In this document: positions 50,251 through 60,924 of the stretch, piece after piece
How positions within the stretch are numbered: the stretch's first letter is position 1
Layout: every line of letters begins with the position of its first letter
Translations under genes and position numbers: made by a program
The notes under the pieces: generated by a model
What the model was told of the DNA's origin: nothing
The model's input: the letters and a program-made list of their open reading frames with translations, nothing else
The model's database searches: none
From: Candidatus Heimdallarchaeota archaeon
Lineage (GTDB): Archaea > Asgardarchaeota > Heimdallarchaeia > JABLTI01
Direction: 5' to 3'
DNA length: 64,000 nt
Assembly (NCBI GenBank): GCA_019058275.1
Contig: JAHLVW010000045.1
Span: 32,001 to 96,000 of the forward strand

Positions 50251-51189
50251 ATGAAAAAGATAGGTCTTGGGAAAAGCTCTCTAAAAGTATCACGAATAGG
50301 TTTGGGTACACTTGCATTTGGACATAAAACTAAAGGTATTCAAAATAAAGAGGAAATCTATGATTGTCTAAATTATGCATTTGATAATGGTATTAATCTG
50401 ATTGATACTGCTGAAGAATATTCTGGAGGATTAACAGAGAAGTATATTGGTGAAGTTGTTAAAGATCGAGGAGATAGAGAAGATTTAGTAATAGTTACTA
50501 AAGTTTCCCCTATACACTTAAGTTATAAAAATGTTATAAAAGCAGCCAATAAAAGTTTAGAACGGTTACAAACTGAATACATTGATTTATTCTTAGTTCA
50601 TTGGCCATGGCCTTATAGCCCAATTTCTGAAACAATGAAAGCTATGGATCAGCTTTTAGCAGAGGAAAAAATCAGATATGTTGGGGTTTCTAATTTTCGA
50701 AATGTTCTACTTCAAGAAGCAATTGATAATTTACAGAATGGTGAGATAATAGTTAATGAATTAGAATACAATCTTATTAATCGTATCATTGAGAAAGAAA
50801 TGCTTCCATATCTGAGAAAACAAGAAATTCCAGTGTTTGCTTATAGTCCATTGTTGAGTGGATTTCTTACTGCTAATTATGATGAGAATAGTATTTTTCC
50901 AGAAAATGATTTTAGAAATTATGATCCACTTTTTAGAAATAAAGAGAATTTCAGTAAATCTAAGGAGTTATTTGAATTGATGAGAGCAATTGCTGAAAAG
51001 CATGATGTTAGTCCAGCTGAAGTGACTATAAATTGGTTATTAAAAGATAATGATATAATCCCAATTCCTGGAGCAAAAAAGAAAAATCATATTGAAAGCA
51101 ACATCCATGCTACAAAATGGGAATTAACTAAAAGGGAATTAGATAAATTAACAAAAATAACTGATGATATTGATTTAAATTGGTTTTAA
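50251..51189 (+). CDS. Aldo/keto reductase
   Basis: IGLGT, IDTAEEY, IVTKV, SLERLQTEYIDLFLVHWP, VGVSNF, AYSPL, PIPGA. Confidence 0.92.
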   Translation: MKKIGLGKSSLKVSRIGLGTLAFGHKTKGIQNKEEIYDCLNYAFDNGINLIDTAEEYSGGLTEKYIGEVVKDRGDREDLVIVTKVSPIHLSYKNVIKAANKSLERLQTEYIDLFLVHWPWPYSPISETMKAMDQLLAEEKIRYVGVSNFRNVLLQEAIDNLQNGEIIVNELEYNLINRIIEKEMLPYLRKQEIPVFAYSPLLSGFLTANYDENSIFPENDFRNYDPLFRNKENFSKSKELFELMRAIAEKHDVSPAEVTINWLLKDNDIIPIPGAKKKNHIESNIHATKWELTKRELDKLTKITDDIDLNWF

Positions 51190-51224
51190 ATCTTATAAAT
51201 TAAAAAAAGAATAGAATTGAGATA

Positions 51225-51624
51225 CTATTCAAGATTTTTATTTTCCTCGAAATTTATTATTTGTTTTTTATTAGGGAACATTAAATTATGCGTTCGATTA
51301 TCAGATGAAAATACACTTGTCATTAATTGAATTGTATAGGGTTTATCTTTGCTGTTCTCTGAATCCTTAATTTTACTTACTAAGTTATTTGGTATTACTT
51401 TTTTGAAATTATCAAATTGAGATAAATAGCTAATGATATTGTATGCTGAGACATAATTAACATGACCTGCATGCATTTCAATTGGTGAAAAAATCATTCC
51501 CCCCCTTAAGTAAGCTTAAAGATATGAATTTTTCAAAGCCAATTACCTCATTATTAATTACATATGAAGTAATTGGCTCTGCAATTAATACATAAAATGG
51601 TATATTAAAATCATTCCCTTTCAT
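51225..51624 (-). pseudogene. Decayed/truncated hypothetical gene inside the tRNA-Thr islet
   Basis: Upstream frame MKGNDF...SLLKGG joins ORF 51225-51497 if one base is removed from the C7 run at 51499-51505. Confidence 0.4.
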
Positions 51625-51680
51625 AGAATTCTATTTATTAATTCTCTTCAATAATTTTCTTCTAAATAGTTGATGAAGTC

Positions 51681-51700
51681 CAAATCCCCTCAGTGGCTCC
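51681..51700 (+). repeat. att-like copy of the tRNA-Thr 3' end
   Basis: CAAATCCCCTCAGTGGCTCC identical to 50069-50088. Confidence 0.88.
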
Positions 51701-51824
51701 GGTTTATCTGATTGACTTTATGAATATATGATATAGTTTTATATATTCTCAAAACTAGAAAGCTTAAAATAATTTCTTAGCTTAATTATAATTAACTACA
51801 TTATTTAGTTAAGGGAATAGAAAA

Positions 51825-52998
51825 TTGTTTATCATGAAAAAAAGTACAAAATCAATTATATTAGTTTTCATTTTTATTAGTCTACCATTTCTAACTATTT
51901 ACTTTACTGGAATCGAATTAACATTTTCCTATTATAATGATACTAATAGTTCATATGTAGTTAATGGTATAGATCCCGCTAATTACCCTCAAGATATTTA
52001 TGTAGCTTCTAATTTTGCTTTTATTGCATATGGCTATAAAGGCCTTCAAATATATGATATTACAGCACCAGAAAAGAGAATATTAATTGGCAACTTTTCT
52101 GACGGTGGATGGGCTACTCATGTTTGGATTAAGGATAATTATGCTTTTGTTGCAGATCGAGATGATGGATTAGAGATTCTTGATATTACAAACAAATCTA
52201 ACATTCTAAAAATTGGTTGCTACGATAATTCATTTATTAATAAATTTATTTCAGATTTTTACTACCATGATGATAAGGTTTTTCTTGTTGACTATCAAAA
52301 TGGACTCCAGATAATAAATGTTTCAAATCCTGCTTTACCAGTAAAAATCAGTGAATTATATGTTAGTTCATATTCATATAGAGTATTCATTCATAATGAC
52401 TATGCAGTTATCTCTTGTCTTTCAGATGGTTTATGTATAATTAATATATCCAATCCTTTTTCTACCAATAACAATTAGTCAGTACTATAAAAATGGTAAA
52501 ATATTCTCAGTAAGTGTTACTAATAATTATGCATTTGCTGTAAATTACAATGTTGAGTTAGAAATTCTTGATATAGGTAATATTACTCAACCAGAATTAC
52601 TTACTACTTTTCCAATAGATGGTAGTCCAACAGGAATTTTACTTATTAATAATACAGCATTCTGTTCAACTGCAATTGCAGGTTTACAGATATTCAGTAT
52701 AAATAATCCATTATCTCCTCAAGGTTTGAGTCAAATAGCTGAAAATCCTGAATCAATTGTTGTAAAGAAAAATTACCTATATGTTATACCATCTTATGGT
52801 GTTACCATAGGGGATTTTAAGTTTAGAATTTATGATATAACTAATATTGAAAATCCCGAAGAGATTATTTGGGAAGGGTTTAACAATAATCCTATAATAT
52901 GGATTACTTTTGGTGTAATTAGTAGTTTATTATTAGTGGCTTTTGTGTTTATCATTGTAAATATAATAATAGAAAAGAAGAATAGAAGGAAACATTGA
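51825..52998 (+). pseudogene. LVIVD-repeat membrane-anchored protein, frameshifted near 52457-52461
   Basis: YAFVADRDDGLEILDI-type repeats continue in another frame through 52726-52998 to a C-terminal TM and basic tail. Confidence 0.7.
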
Positions 52999-53017
52999 AT
53001 TCCTTCTTTTTCTTAAA

Positions 53018-53550
53018 TCAAAGAACTATTAGCTGAAAAATGTATGAAATTGGGAACCAATCATATCGTCGCATTTCAAATCCAGAATGTCCCTCTTTAG
53101 CACATATAGCCTCATATGCATCTTCACAAACATCATCTAACCAAGATAGAACTCCATAACCATTTTCAAGATATGTAAAGAATAAGTGAAACATTCCATG
53201 TACACCATCCTTATAATACCAATGCAAATCAACACCAAATTTCCCTTCAGCTTCGACAAAAGATTCTGGGTAGAAACCCCATAATTGTAAGTGATTATTA
53301 TGTTCATTTTTGTATTCAAAATATATACCTAAGTTCCAAGAATAGCATGGTAACGCCCAGAAAAAGACATAAGTATTATCATTATCAGCATCCTTACAAA
53401 TTCTTATTGTCCAATCATGACATTCTGACCAATCTATAATATTTATCCATTCATCAAACCAATACGAATAATATGAATTGCCAACTAAAAAGAAATAAGA
53501 ATAATTATCAAATTATAACAAAATGAAAAACAAAAAGTGATATTGCATTT
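53018..53550 (-). pseudogene. Fragmented hypothetical gene
   Basis: Overlapping short ORFs (53018-53227, 53137-53319) plus stop-interrupted, coding-like sequence upstream. Confidence 0.3.
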
Positions 53551-53671
53551 AGCAACAATCACCTTTGTTACATATATCTGGATTTTAATCCTTACTAATC
53601 TATAGTCAATCTTATGCTAAATTTCCTTCAATTTTCTAAAGGCTTTCATTTTGCTACTTCAATTGCTGGTT

Positions 53672-55096
53672 CTAAGTACTTGTATGTATCTGTAGAGGCT
53701 TTTGTTCAGTGTCTTCAATTAAGATTTCAAAAGCTTCTTCTTCTTCTGTGTCTTTTTTATCCTTTATTCCATTAGCTTTTGCCATCACTTTTTGAATTAC
53801 TGAATCTAATTGTCGAAGTGGTGTGAATAAGTAGATCAATCCAAAGACTACTGCAGTTAAAATTCCAGATGCTATTAGTACAGCATTTATTCCTACAAAT
53901 TCAGCAATAACTCCTGAGAGGAATTGTCCTAGTGGTCTCATTGCTGGGGAAATAGCCATTATTGTTGCAATAACTCGTCCAAGTTTTTCTTTTGGTACTA
54001 GTACTTGTATACTTGTTATGAAACTTACATCTATGATTGCGAATGGTAATGCATATAGGAATAGCACAGCTCCAATTGTCCAGAATCTTCCATTGAAATT
54101 CGATGGGATGAATGTGAGAGCTATTTGACAGAAAACTTGGAATGTGAGACTAAATAATAAGAATATAATGGGTTTATTAGATCCCTTTATTAGGGACATT
54201 ATGAGTCCTCCAACTACAATAGCTGCTTGAAGCATGCTTACAACTATTGCATAACTAACTTCTGTTCCACCATGAATTTTGTTTACGAATAAAGGTAGTA
54301 ACCCCAGTAATGGTGACATGAGGAAATTAATTGCCATTGCTCCAAAAAGAAGCGCTAACATTCCCTTTGTACCTTTGAGTGCATTGTATCCTTCCATAAA
54401 TTGGGCTACGAATGATTGTTGAACTTCTTCTGTTACTTGTTTTACAACCGAAGGTATTGTAATTATTAGCAATGGAATTAATGCTATAACGAAGGTAATA
54501 ACATCTGCCCATAATATCATACCAATGTTTATGCCAGGAATTGCTAGTAAAGAAGCTCCGATAATTGGACCAATAATGTAAATCAATCCACCAAATAAAT
54601 AACTAAGACCATTAATTCTGCTAAGATGTTTTTGAGGAACCATAGTGGGTGCTATGGACATTGAAATGGGTGCATGAAATGCTTGTGCTGTCCCTCTTAT
54701 TCCTAGTATAACTAAAACTGCAGCAATTGAATTGTGGTTAGTTAAGAAGAGAATGGAGAGAGTTACAGTAACTACTGCTTGGAATGCATCAGTAATAATC
54801 AATAGTTTTTTCCTACTGAAACGATCAGCAAGAACCCCACTAATAGGTGCCACTAAAACATAAGGTCCTAAACTAACCAACGATGCAATCCCTAACATTA
54901 ATTCACTTTGAGTTGTAATTGTGAGCCACCAAATTATCGCAAATGATACTATTGAAGAACCAAGCAACGATGCTTGTTGTCCAGAGAAGAAGTATAAGAA
55001 GTGTCTAAATCTTCTTTTTGAATCATCTATTATCTCTGAAACTTCTTTGCTCACATTTTCAGTTCCAGATAATTGTATATTTGATTCCGCCATCAA
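53672..55096 (-). CDS. MFS transporter (MefA/DHA3-like efflux)
   Basis: GQQASLLGSSIVSFAIIWWLT, GVLADRFSRK, about 12 TM. Confidence 0.88.
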   Translation of the reverse strand: MMAESNIQLSGTENVSKEVSEIIDDSKRRFRHFLYFFSGQQASLLGSSIVSFAIIWWLTITTQSELMLGIASLVSLGPYVLVAPISGVLADRFSRKKLLIITDAFQAVVTVTLSILFLTNHNSIAAVLVILGIRGTAQAFHAPISMSIAPTMVPQKHLSRINGLSYLFGGLIYIIGPIIGASLLAIPGINIGMILWADVITFVIALIPLLIITIPSVVKQVTEEVQQSFVAQFMEGYNALKGTKGMLALLFGAMAINFLMSPLLGLLPLFVNKIHGGTEVSYAIVVSMLQAAIVVGGLIMSLIKGSNKPIIFLLFSLTFQVFCQIALTFIPSNFNGRFWTIGAVLFLYALPFAIIDVSFITSIQVLVPKEKLGRVIATIMAISPAMRPLGQFLSGVIAEFVGINAVLIASGILTAVVFGLIYLFTPLRQLDSVIQKVMAKANGIKDKKDTEEEEAFEILIEDTEQKPLQIHTST

Positions 55097-55330
55097 TCAT
55101 CACATCCTTTCTAATTTCCTCTGGAGTTCTGTTCTTCCAGATTTTTTCCAACATTTTTCTTCTGTTCATCTTTGTTTTTCCTCCAAATTTGAAATTATTC
55201 CAATATGGAATTATTTCCTATATGAAATTATATACAAAGTGCTATATAAAGTTTTTCCAAAATGAAATTAATTCTATAATAGAAGAATTTTTAAACATAG
55301 ATTGATATAAATTAATACGAGGAGCCCAAA

Positions 55331-56113
55331 ATGAATCAAAAAGAAACTCAAGATAGTACAATTAAAAAGAAATATGAGAATATAATTTATGATGAAGTAA
55401 GTTTTGGCATAATTACATCTCTCAGATTCAATGAACCTCTAAATCTTAAGAATCTGGCTCAACTAATTGGTAGACCAGAAACGACTACAATCCGTTATCT
55501 TAAGCAATTGCTTGAGGATAAATTGATTGACATTGATGCAGAAAAAACCGCTTCAAGTTGGGGGAAATTTTATCACTTATCGGATCCTGTAAAGAAAATT
55601 GTAGAACAAAATGAGAGAGAATCTCAACAACAAGAAAATCAAATTTTTTCAGAATTAGCAAACTATAAAAACATGAGTGAAGAGAAATTACTCCAGATAT
55701 TTCTTAGGGAAATCACAAGTAAAGAAATATCGGATGAGGTTAAAATGCGTTTAAAGGGAGAAACAAATCTTAGCTATAATATTCAGAAAATGATAATTAA
55801 TAGTTTTATAAATGCTTCAAACAGATTTAAGAAAGTCCAGGAAGAGAAAGGAGTTGATTATTTAAAGAAGAATTTCATAATGGATCCTGGTGACATTAAT
55901 ACAACTACAATTTTTGTAAAGTATTCTAAAGTTAAACATGTTTTAGCACTTATCGAGAAGTTCTTAGAATTTCATAAAGGAATAAAGGAATTGCAAAGTG
56001 AATTTAAACAAGAGATGGATAAAGAAGGAATTCCTGATGATGATAGAAAAACCCATTATATTGGTCTCTTCATGGGTACAACAGATTTTGATTTTAGATT
56101 AAAACAGGAATAA
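55331..56113 (+). CDS. Winged-helix transcriptional regulator (ArsR-like), divergent from the MFS gene
   Basis: LNLKNLAQLIGRPETTTIRYLKQLLEDKLI...GKFYHLS. Confidence 0.72.
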   Translation: MNQKETQDSTIKKKYENIIYDEVSFGIITSLRFNEPLNLKNLAQLIGRPETTTIRYLKQLLEDKLIDIDAEKTASSWGKFYHLSDPVKKIVEQNERESQQQENQIFSELANYKNMSEEKLLQIFLREITSKEISDEVKMRLKGETNLSYNIQKMIINSFINASNRFKKVQEEKGVDYLKKNFIMDPGDINTTTIFVKYSKVKHVLALIEKFLEFHKGIKELQSEFKQEMDKEGIPDDDRKTHYIGLFMGTTDFDFRLKQE

Positions 56114-56182
56114 TTTATAGATTACTTGTTTTACTCATCTCCTTATTTAGTATTAATATGGATTTCCTTTTTAAAAATCATA

Positions 56183-57076
56183 TTAGGATTGAGAATCAAT
56201 CCATTTTCTCAATGATTGAATGTGATTAGGAGATGTCCCACAACAACCACCAACTATTTTTACACCTAGCTTAATAATAGAGGTAATATCGCGCACAAAT
56301 ACTTCAATAGGTTGATTATAGACTGTTTTAAAATCTTGTAAAGTAGGTTTGCCAGCATTAGGCTTCACTGATAAAGGATAATCCGTTAATTCTATTGCTT
56401 CTCTTACTAAATCAATAAATAAAGTTGAACCAGGATCGCAATTAGCACCTATAACATCAACTTCTTCCTTTTCAAGAAGTTGGATGCATTGTATAAGCGA
56501 ATTTCCCATTAAAGTATAGAATCCTTTCTTACCTTTGTTTATAATAAAAGAAGCAATGATAGGTTTAGAAGAGACTTCTTTAATTGCAGATAACGCAGCA
56601 TGCATTTCTTCAATATCAATAAATCCCATAGCATGCCAAAGATTAACACCTTCCCCATCATCACCTTCTAGAATCTCTACTTGTTTAAGGAAACCTTCTC
56701 TCCATTTTTCAAAGGTACCAGATCCTAAAGGATCTCGAAACTCACTTGATGGACCAATTTCTCCAACAATTAGTTTTCCTTTAGGACACACTTCCTTGAT
56801 ATTCTGAAGAGCTAGTTTATTGATTTCCTTTAATTTATCAGCCATTTTATGCTTTCGAAGATTAAGATAATTTGCATTAAGTGTGATTGTTTGAACCATA
56901 TCTGCTCCAGCTAAATAAAAGGATTTGAGTACTGATTTAACTGTTTCTGGATTTTGGATGTTTAATATATCTGGAGGTTTCCCAGATGTGAATCCCTTTT
57001 TTATTAATTCGGTTCCACTAGAACCATCACCTAATATTACTCTCGCTGGATCTTTCAACCATTTTATGAAGGACAT
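56183..57076 (-). CDS. Homocysteine S-methyltransferase family (stand-alone MetH Hcy-binding domain)
   Basis: LGDGSSGTEL, AGAD, EIGP, IGANC, KPNAG, GGCCGTSP Zn ligands. Confidence 0.85.
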   Translation of the reverse strand: MSFIKWLKDPARVILGDGSSGTELIKKGFTSGKPPDILNIQNPETVKSVLKSFYLAGADMVQTITLNANYLNLRKHKMADKLKEINKLALQNIKEVCPKGKLIVGEIGPSSEFRDPLGSGTFEKWREGFLKQVEILEGDDGEGVNLWHAMGFIDIEEMHAALSAIKEVSSKPIIASFIINKGKKGFYTLMGNSLIQCIQLLEKEEVDVIGANCDPGSTLFIDLVREAIELTDYPLSVKPNAGKPTLQDFKTVYNQPIEVFVRDITSIIKLGVKIVGGCCGTSPNHIQSLRKWIDSQS

Positions 57077-57243
57077 ATTCTAACATTCCAAGTTTAAAGA
57101 TTTATTCAATTGATTTTAGGTAGGATATATTATATTTAATCATAATTCATAAAAATATTATGAGAGAGAATAAGCTATTTCATAAATCTAAAATTCAAGA
57201 TTTTTCCAATAATTAATATTTATTTACTTGATTTGCTAGTATT

Positions 57244-58074
57244 ATGACGTATGTGGAGATATCAGAATCAGTAGTATTTGCACAGAATGAGTGGGGATCA
57301 AATTCTGTTTGCATTGCTTTAGAGGATGAGTTGATCTTTATTGATACAGGATTAAATACTTCAGATGCAAGAGCTTTTAGAGAATCTATGGAAGCAAAAT
57401 ACAATCGTAAAGCTAGTACTTTAATCCTTACTCATGGACATATTGATCATTTCTTCGGTATGGCTGCATATTCAGACCTACAAGTTGTTGCTGCTGAAAT
57501 AGGAAAAGAAAGATTCAATAGAATAATTAGTGCAGAATATAATACTGAATTTGTTGAGAATATGTCTAAATATTTCTTGGGTTTCAAGGAATCTGTTAAA
57601 GAAGCAAAGCCTTTCATGCCTACGATTTGGATCGATGAGAAAATAACTATTGGTATGAATAAAGAGCTGATCTTTGAGATTAAAGGTGGGCATTCAGGTT
57701 GTTCATCAGTAATTCATTATGTTCCAGAAAAAGTTGTCATTACCGGTGATCTTCTACAAGTGGATGTTTATCCTTACTTTGGTGAACCAGATACAGATTT
57801 AGAGAAATGGATAAGTGCACTAAAGACCTGGGAAGGTATGGATATTAAAGCAGTTTTACCTGGTCATGGTAGACACGTTGAAAAATCCTATCTAACTGGA
57901 GTAAGAGTTTTCTTTGAGGAAATGTTAGCTACAGTAAAGCAATTGAAAGCTGATGGAATACAAATAGAAGAAGTTGCTTACAATTCGAAAATTCCTGCTG
58001 GATATTGGCCAAAAGAAGCTGTTAGAAAACCTGCATATGATTTCAGTATAACTAATCTATACAGAAAACTCTGA
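57244..58074 (+). CDS. Metallo-beta-lactamase fold hydrolase
   Basis: FIDTG, THGHIDH, GGHS, TGDL, LPGHG. Confidence 0.85.
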   Translation: MTYVEISESVVFAQNEWGSNSVCIALEDELIFIDTGLNTSDARAFRESMEAKYNRKASTLILTHGHIDHFFGMAAYSDLQVVAAEIGKERFNRIISAEYNTEFVENMSKYFLGFKESVKEAKPFMPTIWIDEKITIGMNKELIFEIKGGHSGCSSVIHYVPEKVVITGDLLQVDVYPYFGEPDTDLEKWISALKTWEGMDIKAVLPGHGRHVEKSYLTGVRVFFEEMLATVKQLKADGIQIEEVAYNSKIPAGYWPKEAVRKPAYDFSITNLYRKL

Positions 58075-58105
58075 TTACTATTTTTACCTTTTTAATTTAT
58101 AATTT

Positions 58106-59326
58106 TTATTTTCTAAAAATAACAGAAGGAAATTGTTTATTTCCACATGATTGTATCATTTCATCGAAATTTAAACCAACAAATTCCGCTGCGCGTTTTA
58201 ACATTTCAATTTGACCATGACTGTAAGGAATTCCCTCTCTTTCTGAATACTCGGATGCTTTAATTGAACGATCACCAGACCATCTTGTTTTTGGACCAAA
58301 ATATTTTGATTCATAATCTTTCATTAATTCTCCTACTCGATTTTTTGCTTCTTCTTTTGTATAAAGACCATCAATAATCTGAGCTTGAAAAGCTAGTGAG
58401 ACTCTTTTATACCTAGAACCCATTTCAGCTTTTTCAAGAGAACCACCTGCAATTGCTAGCTCAATTTCAATCATCCTTAGTAGAGCATCTCCTTTATACC
58501 CAGAATGAGTCGATCCAAGTGGGAAGATACTTCCTTTCAAATATTGCTTACCATCTTTTATTCCAATGAATTCTTTGGGATCTAAAGTTGATTTATAATT
58601 CTTATCAGCTAAATATTCAGGTATTGTTAACATTTCTCCGGTTTTATATGCCTTGATACAATAATTAGCAGCCATTTTTGTTAAAGCCATATCTACTGTA
58701 ATTATTCCTTTATTATGTGGTACAGAGATAGCTATTGGATTGGTACCCATTCTTACCTCTTTTCCTGCACCTTTTGTATAGTCTAATCCTTCTGGATCAT
58801 CTCCCATTGGTTTGACCAAAGCTGATGTTGTACAAGTAACAGTACCAATCAAGTCCATGCCATTTGCTATCATTTCACTCCAAACTCCAGCAGCACCAAA
58901 ATGGTTTGCTTCCTTCACAAAGACTTTTGCAATACCATATTTTCTTGCCAGTTTCTTTACTAATTCAACAGCTATCATTGAACTAGTATGCCCTGGAGAT
59001 GCATTACCGTTGATAATTGCAATTGCAGGATATTTTTGAGGTATTATTTCTGGTTTTGCATCTGGTATTACGGTTGTAAATAGTCCTGTTCTTTTTACTG
59101 CTTCTTCTAATCCTGTACCACCCGCAAGACCATGAGAGAAAATCCCTTTTTTATCAGCTTCTATTAATACATGAGCAGTTACTTTTGCAGATTCTTCCGG
59201 ATAACCGCTTTTTTTTAAAACCTCATATGCAAAATTGTAGATTTCCTCTACTTTGAAATGATTACGTTTGTCTCTCAATTTGTGATTCACCTGTATAAGA
59301 TTAACTTCTGAGTCTTTTCTAAGCAA
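58106..59326 (-). CDS. Divergent Ldh_2 family oxidoreductase
   Basis: EADKKGIFSHG, ANHFGAAG, MGTNPIA, GYKG. Confidence 0.78.
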   Translation of the reverse strand: MLRKDSEVNLIQVNHKLRDKRNHFKVEEIYNFAYEVLKKSGYPEESAKVTAHVLIEADKKGIFSHGLAGGTGLEEAVKRTGLFTTVIPDAKPEIIPQKYPAIAIINGNASPGHTSSMIAVELVKKLARKYGIAKVFVKEANHFGAAGVWSEMIANGMDLIGTVTCTTSALVKPMGDDPEGLDYTKGAGKEVRMGTNPIAISVPHNKGIITVDMALTKMAANYCIKAYKTGEMLTIPEYLADKNYKSTLDPKEFIGIKDGKQYLKGSIFPLGSTHSGYKGDALLRMIEIELAIAGGSLEKAEMGSRYKRVSLAFQAQIIDGLYTKEEAKNRVGELMKDYESKYFGPKTRWSGDRSIKASEYSEREGIPYSHGQIEMLKRAAEFVGLNFDEMIQSCGNKQFPSVIFRK

Positions 59327-59479
59327 TCAATAATATCCTATAAATAAATCTAATAATTTTTTACTTAAACAAACTTTTGGAATTTCTTTAATAAATCTAA
59401 TAATCTATGTTCTAAAAACTACATTTTTTAAAGGAGCATTTTAAAGAGTTCAATTTTGTAATTTAAATTGATGAAATAA

Positions 59480-59833
59480 ATGATAATAAAAAAGACAGCT
59501 GAAGAACCACTTTATGAGAACCCACATGGAGTAGAAGGGAAAAATCTCTACAGTTATACAAATGCAGTAATAATTCATCTAACAATTAAGCCAGGTGAGT
59601 CCTTAAGAAGGCATATAACTCATACAGATGTAGCATTTTATGTCCTAGAAGGTAAAGGAATAGTCTTAGTAGGGGACGAGAAAATGGAAATAGAAAAAGA
59701 TACCTTGATAGAAAGTCCTGCAGATATTGTCCATTGTTGGTACAATGAGAGCAATGAAAATTTGAGAGTTTTAGTTATCAAAGCACCAAAACCAACCGAA
59801 CCATCAACGTTTTTGGAAGAACGAAAACACTAA
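59480..59833 (+). CDS. Cupin domain protein
   Basis: PGESLRRHITH...FYVLEGKG...SPADIVHCWYN. Confidence 0.85.
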   Translation: MIIKKTAEEPLYENPHGVEGKNLYSYTNAVIIHLTIKPGESLRRHITHTDVAFYVLEGKGIVLVGDEKMEIEKDTLIESPADIVHCWYNESNENLRVLVIKAPKPTEPSTFLEERKH

Positions 59834-59847
59834 AACAAACCTTCATG

Positions 59848-59863
59848 TAACGAAAGATTCAAA
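59848..59863 (+). repeat. 16-bp direct repeat, copy 1
   Basis: TAACGAAAGATTCAAA, identical to 60713-60728. Confidence 0.75.
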
Positions 59864-59898
59864 GAAATTAGCTCACTTTGTAATAATAGTGAACATAC

Positions 59899-60703
59899 TT
59901 GTCAAGAAATAAATTTATGTCCAATACAGAATATGATAAAAGCTTCACCCATTTTTGGGGCATTAGGAGAAAAATAGCCCAATCACTTATTCCCCATGGT
60001 TTAAAGTCAGGTTTAAAGATCCTTGATGTTTTAGCAGGTCATGGATTTTATTCATATGAAATAACCAAGATTATTAAAAAAGGGAAAATAATATCAATAG
60101 GTTTGCAAAATGATGTAGAAAGCTTTCAAAGATTCAAGTTGTCAATGAAAAAGAGAAAGCAACAAAAATCGTTAGGATTAATAGATTATAGATTGATGGA
60201 TATCACAAAGATTGATTTTCCTGAAAATACTTTTGATTTTGTTATTAATTTTCTAGGCCTAGAAGATGTAAATATGACTAAAGGAACTAAGGGAGTAAAA
60301 GACGCATTAAAGGAATGTTGTCGAGTGTTGAAACCAACAGGAACATTACAATTGACATTATGTTTAGAGGGAGATGAACCAGATCAGATCATTGCAAAAG
60401 AAATAACAGAAGCAATAGGACATCAAGCAATTTTCCATCCGAAAGAATTCTATATTGATGAATTAAAGAGAAACAATAATAGAGGTAATTAATGAAAAAT
60501 GGTTCTACACAAAAAGGAAAATGACTTATGACCAAGCAAAAGAGGAATAGTCTTTTGCTTGTAATGAAACACCAAAATATTTCAAAAACTTTGAGATCAA
60601 AACCATTCCTTTTGAGAAATTGTGGAACAAATATAGTAAAAGGATAAAGAAGTATGGTATGGCCTTTTATTCGCAATTGTTAGTATTAATAGGTAAAAAG
60701 TAA
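59899..60703 (+). pseudogene. Class I SAM-dependent methyltransferase, disrupted near its 3' end
   Basis: ILDVLAGHG, FDFVI, RVLKPTG; the C-terminus continues after a frameshift near 60478 and an in-frame TAG, to TAA 60701-60703. Confidence 0.7.
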
Positions 60704-60712
60704 ACTCTCAAC

Positions 60713-60728
60713 TAACGAAAGATTCAAA
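60713..60728 (+). repeat. 16-bp direct repeat, copy 2 (probable BRE/TATA region of tRNA-Pro)
   Basis: TAACGAAAGATTCAAA, 44 nt upstream of the tRNA. Confidence 0.75.
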
Positions 60729-60772
60729 AATCCGAAAAGAACAAAAAAGACTACCAAACGAGCGAAATAAAC

Positions 60773-60849
60773 GGCCGGGTAGTCTAGCACGGTATGATAC
60801 TTGCTTTGGGAGTAAGTGGTCGCGGATTCAAATTCCGCCCCGGCCACCA
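60773..60849 (+). tRNA. tRNA-Pro(TGG)
   Basis: GGCCGGG/CCCGGCC acceptor, CTTGC-TT TGG GA-GTAAG anticodon arm, TTCAAAT, ACCA. Confidence 0.93.
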
Positions 60850-60924
60850 TTACTTTTGTTTTTTTCTTATTCTTTTGTCATTTTAGTTATTATATCCTTA
60901 GTAATTATTTTTCCCTTCATTCAT

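Larger units (their letters stand above)
50090..51700. mobile_element. Integrase-free islet at tRNA-Thr
   Basis: Ends in a 20-bp exact repeat of the tRNA 3' end. Confidence 0.6.
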
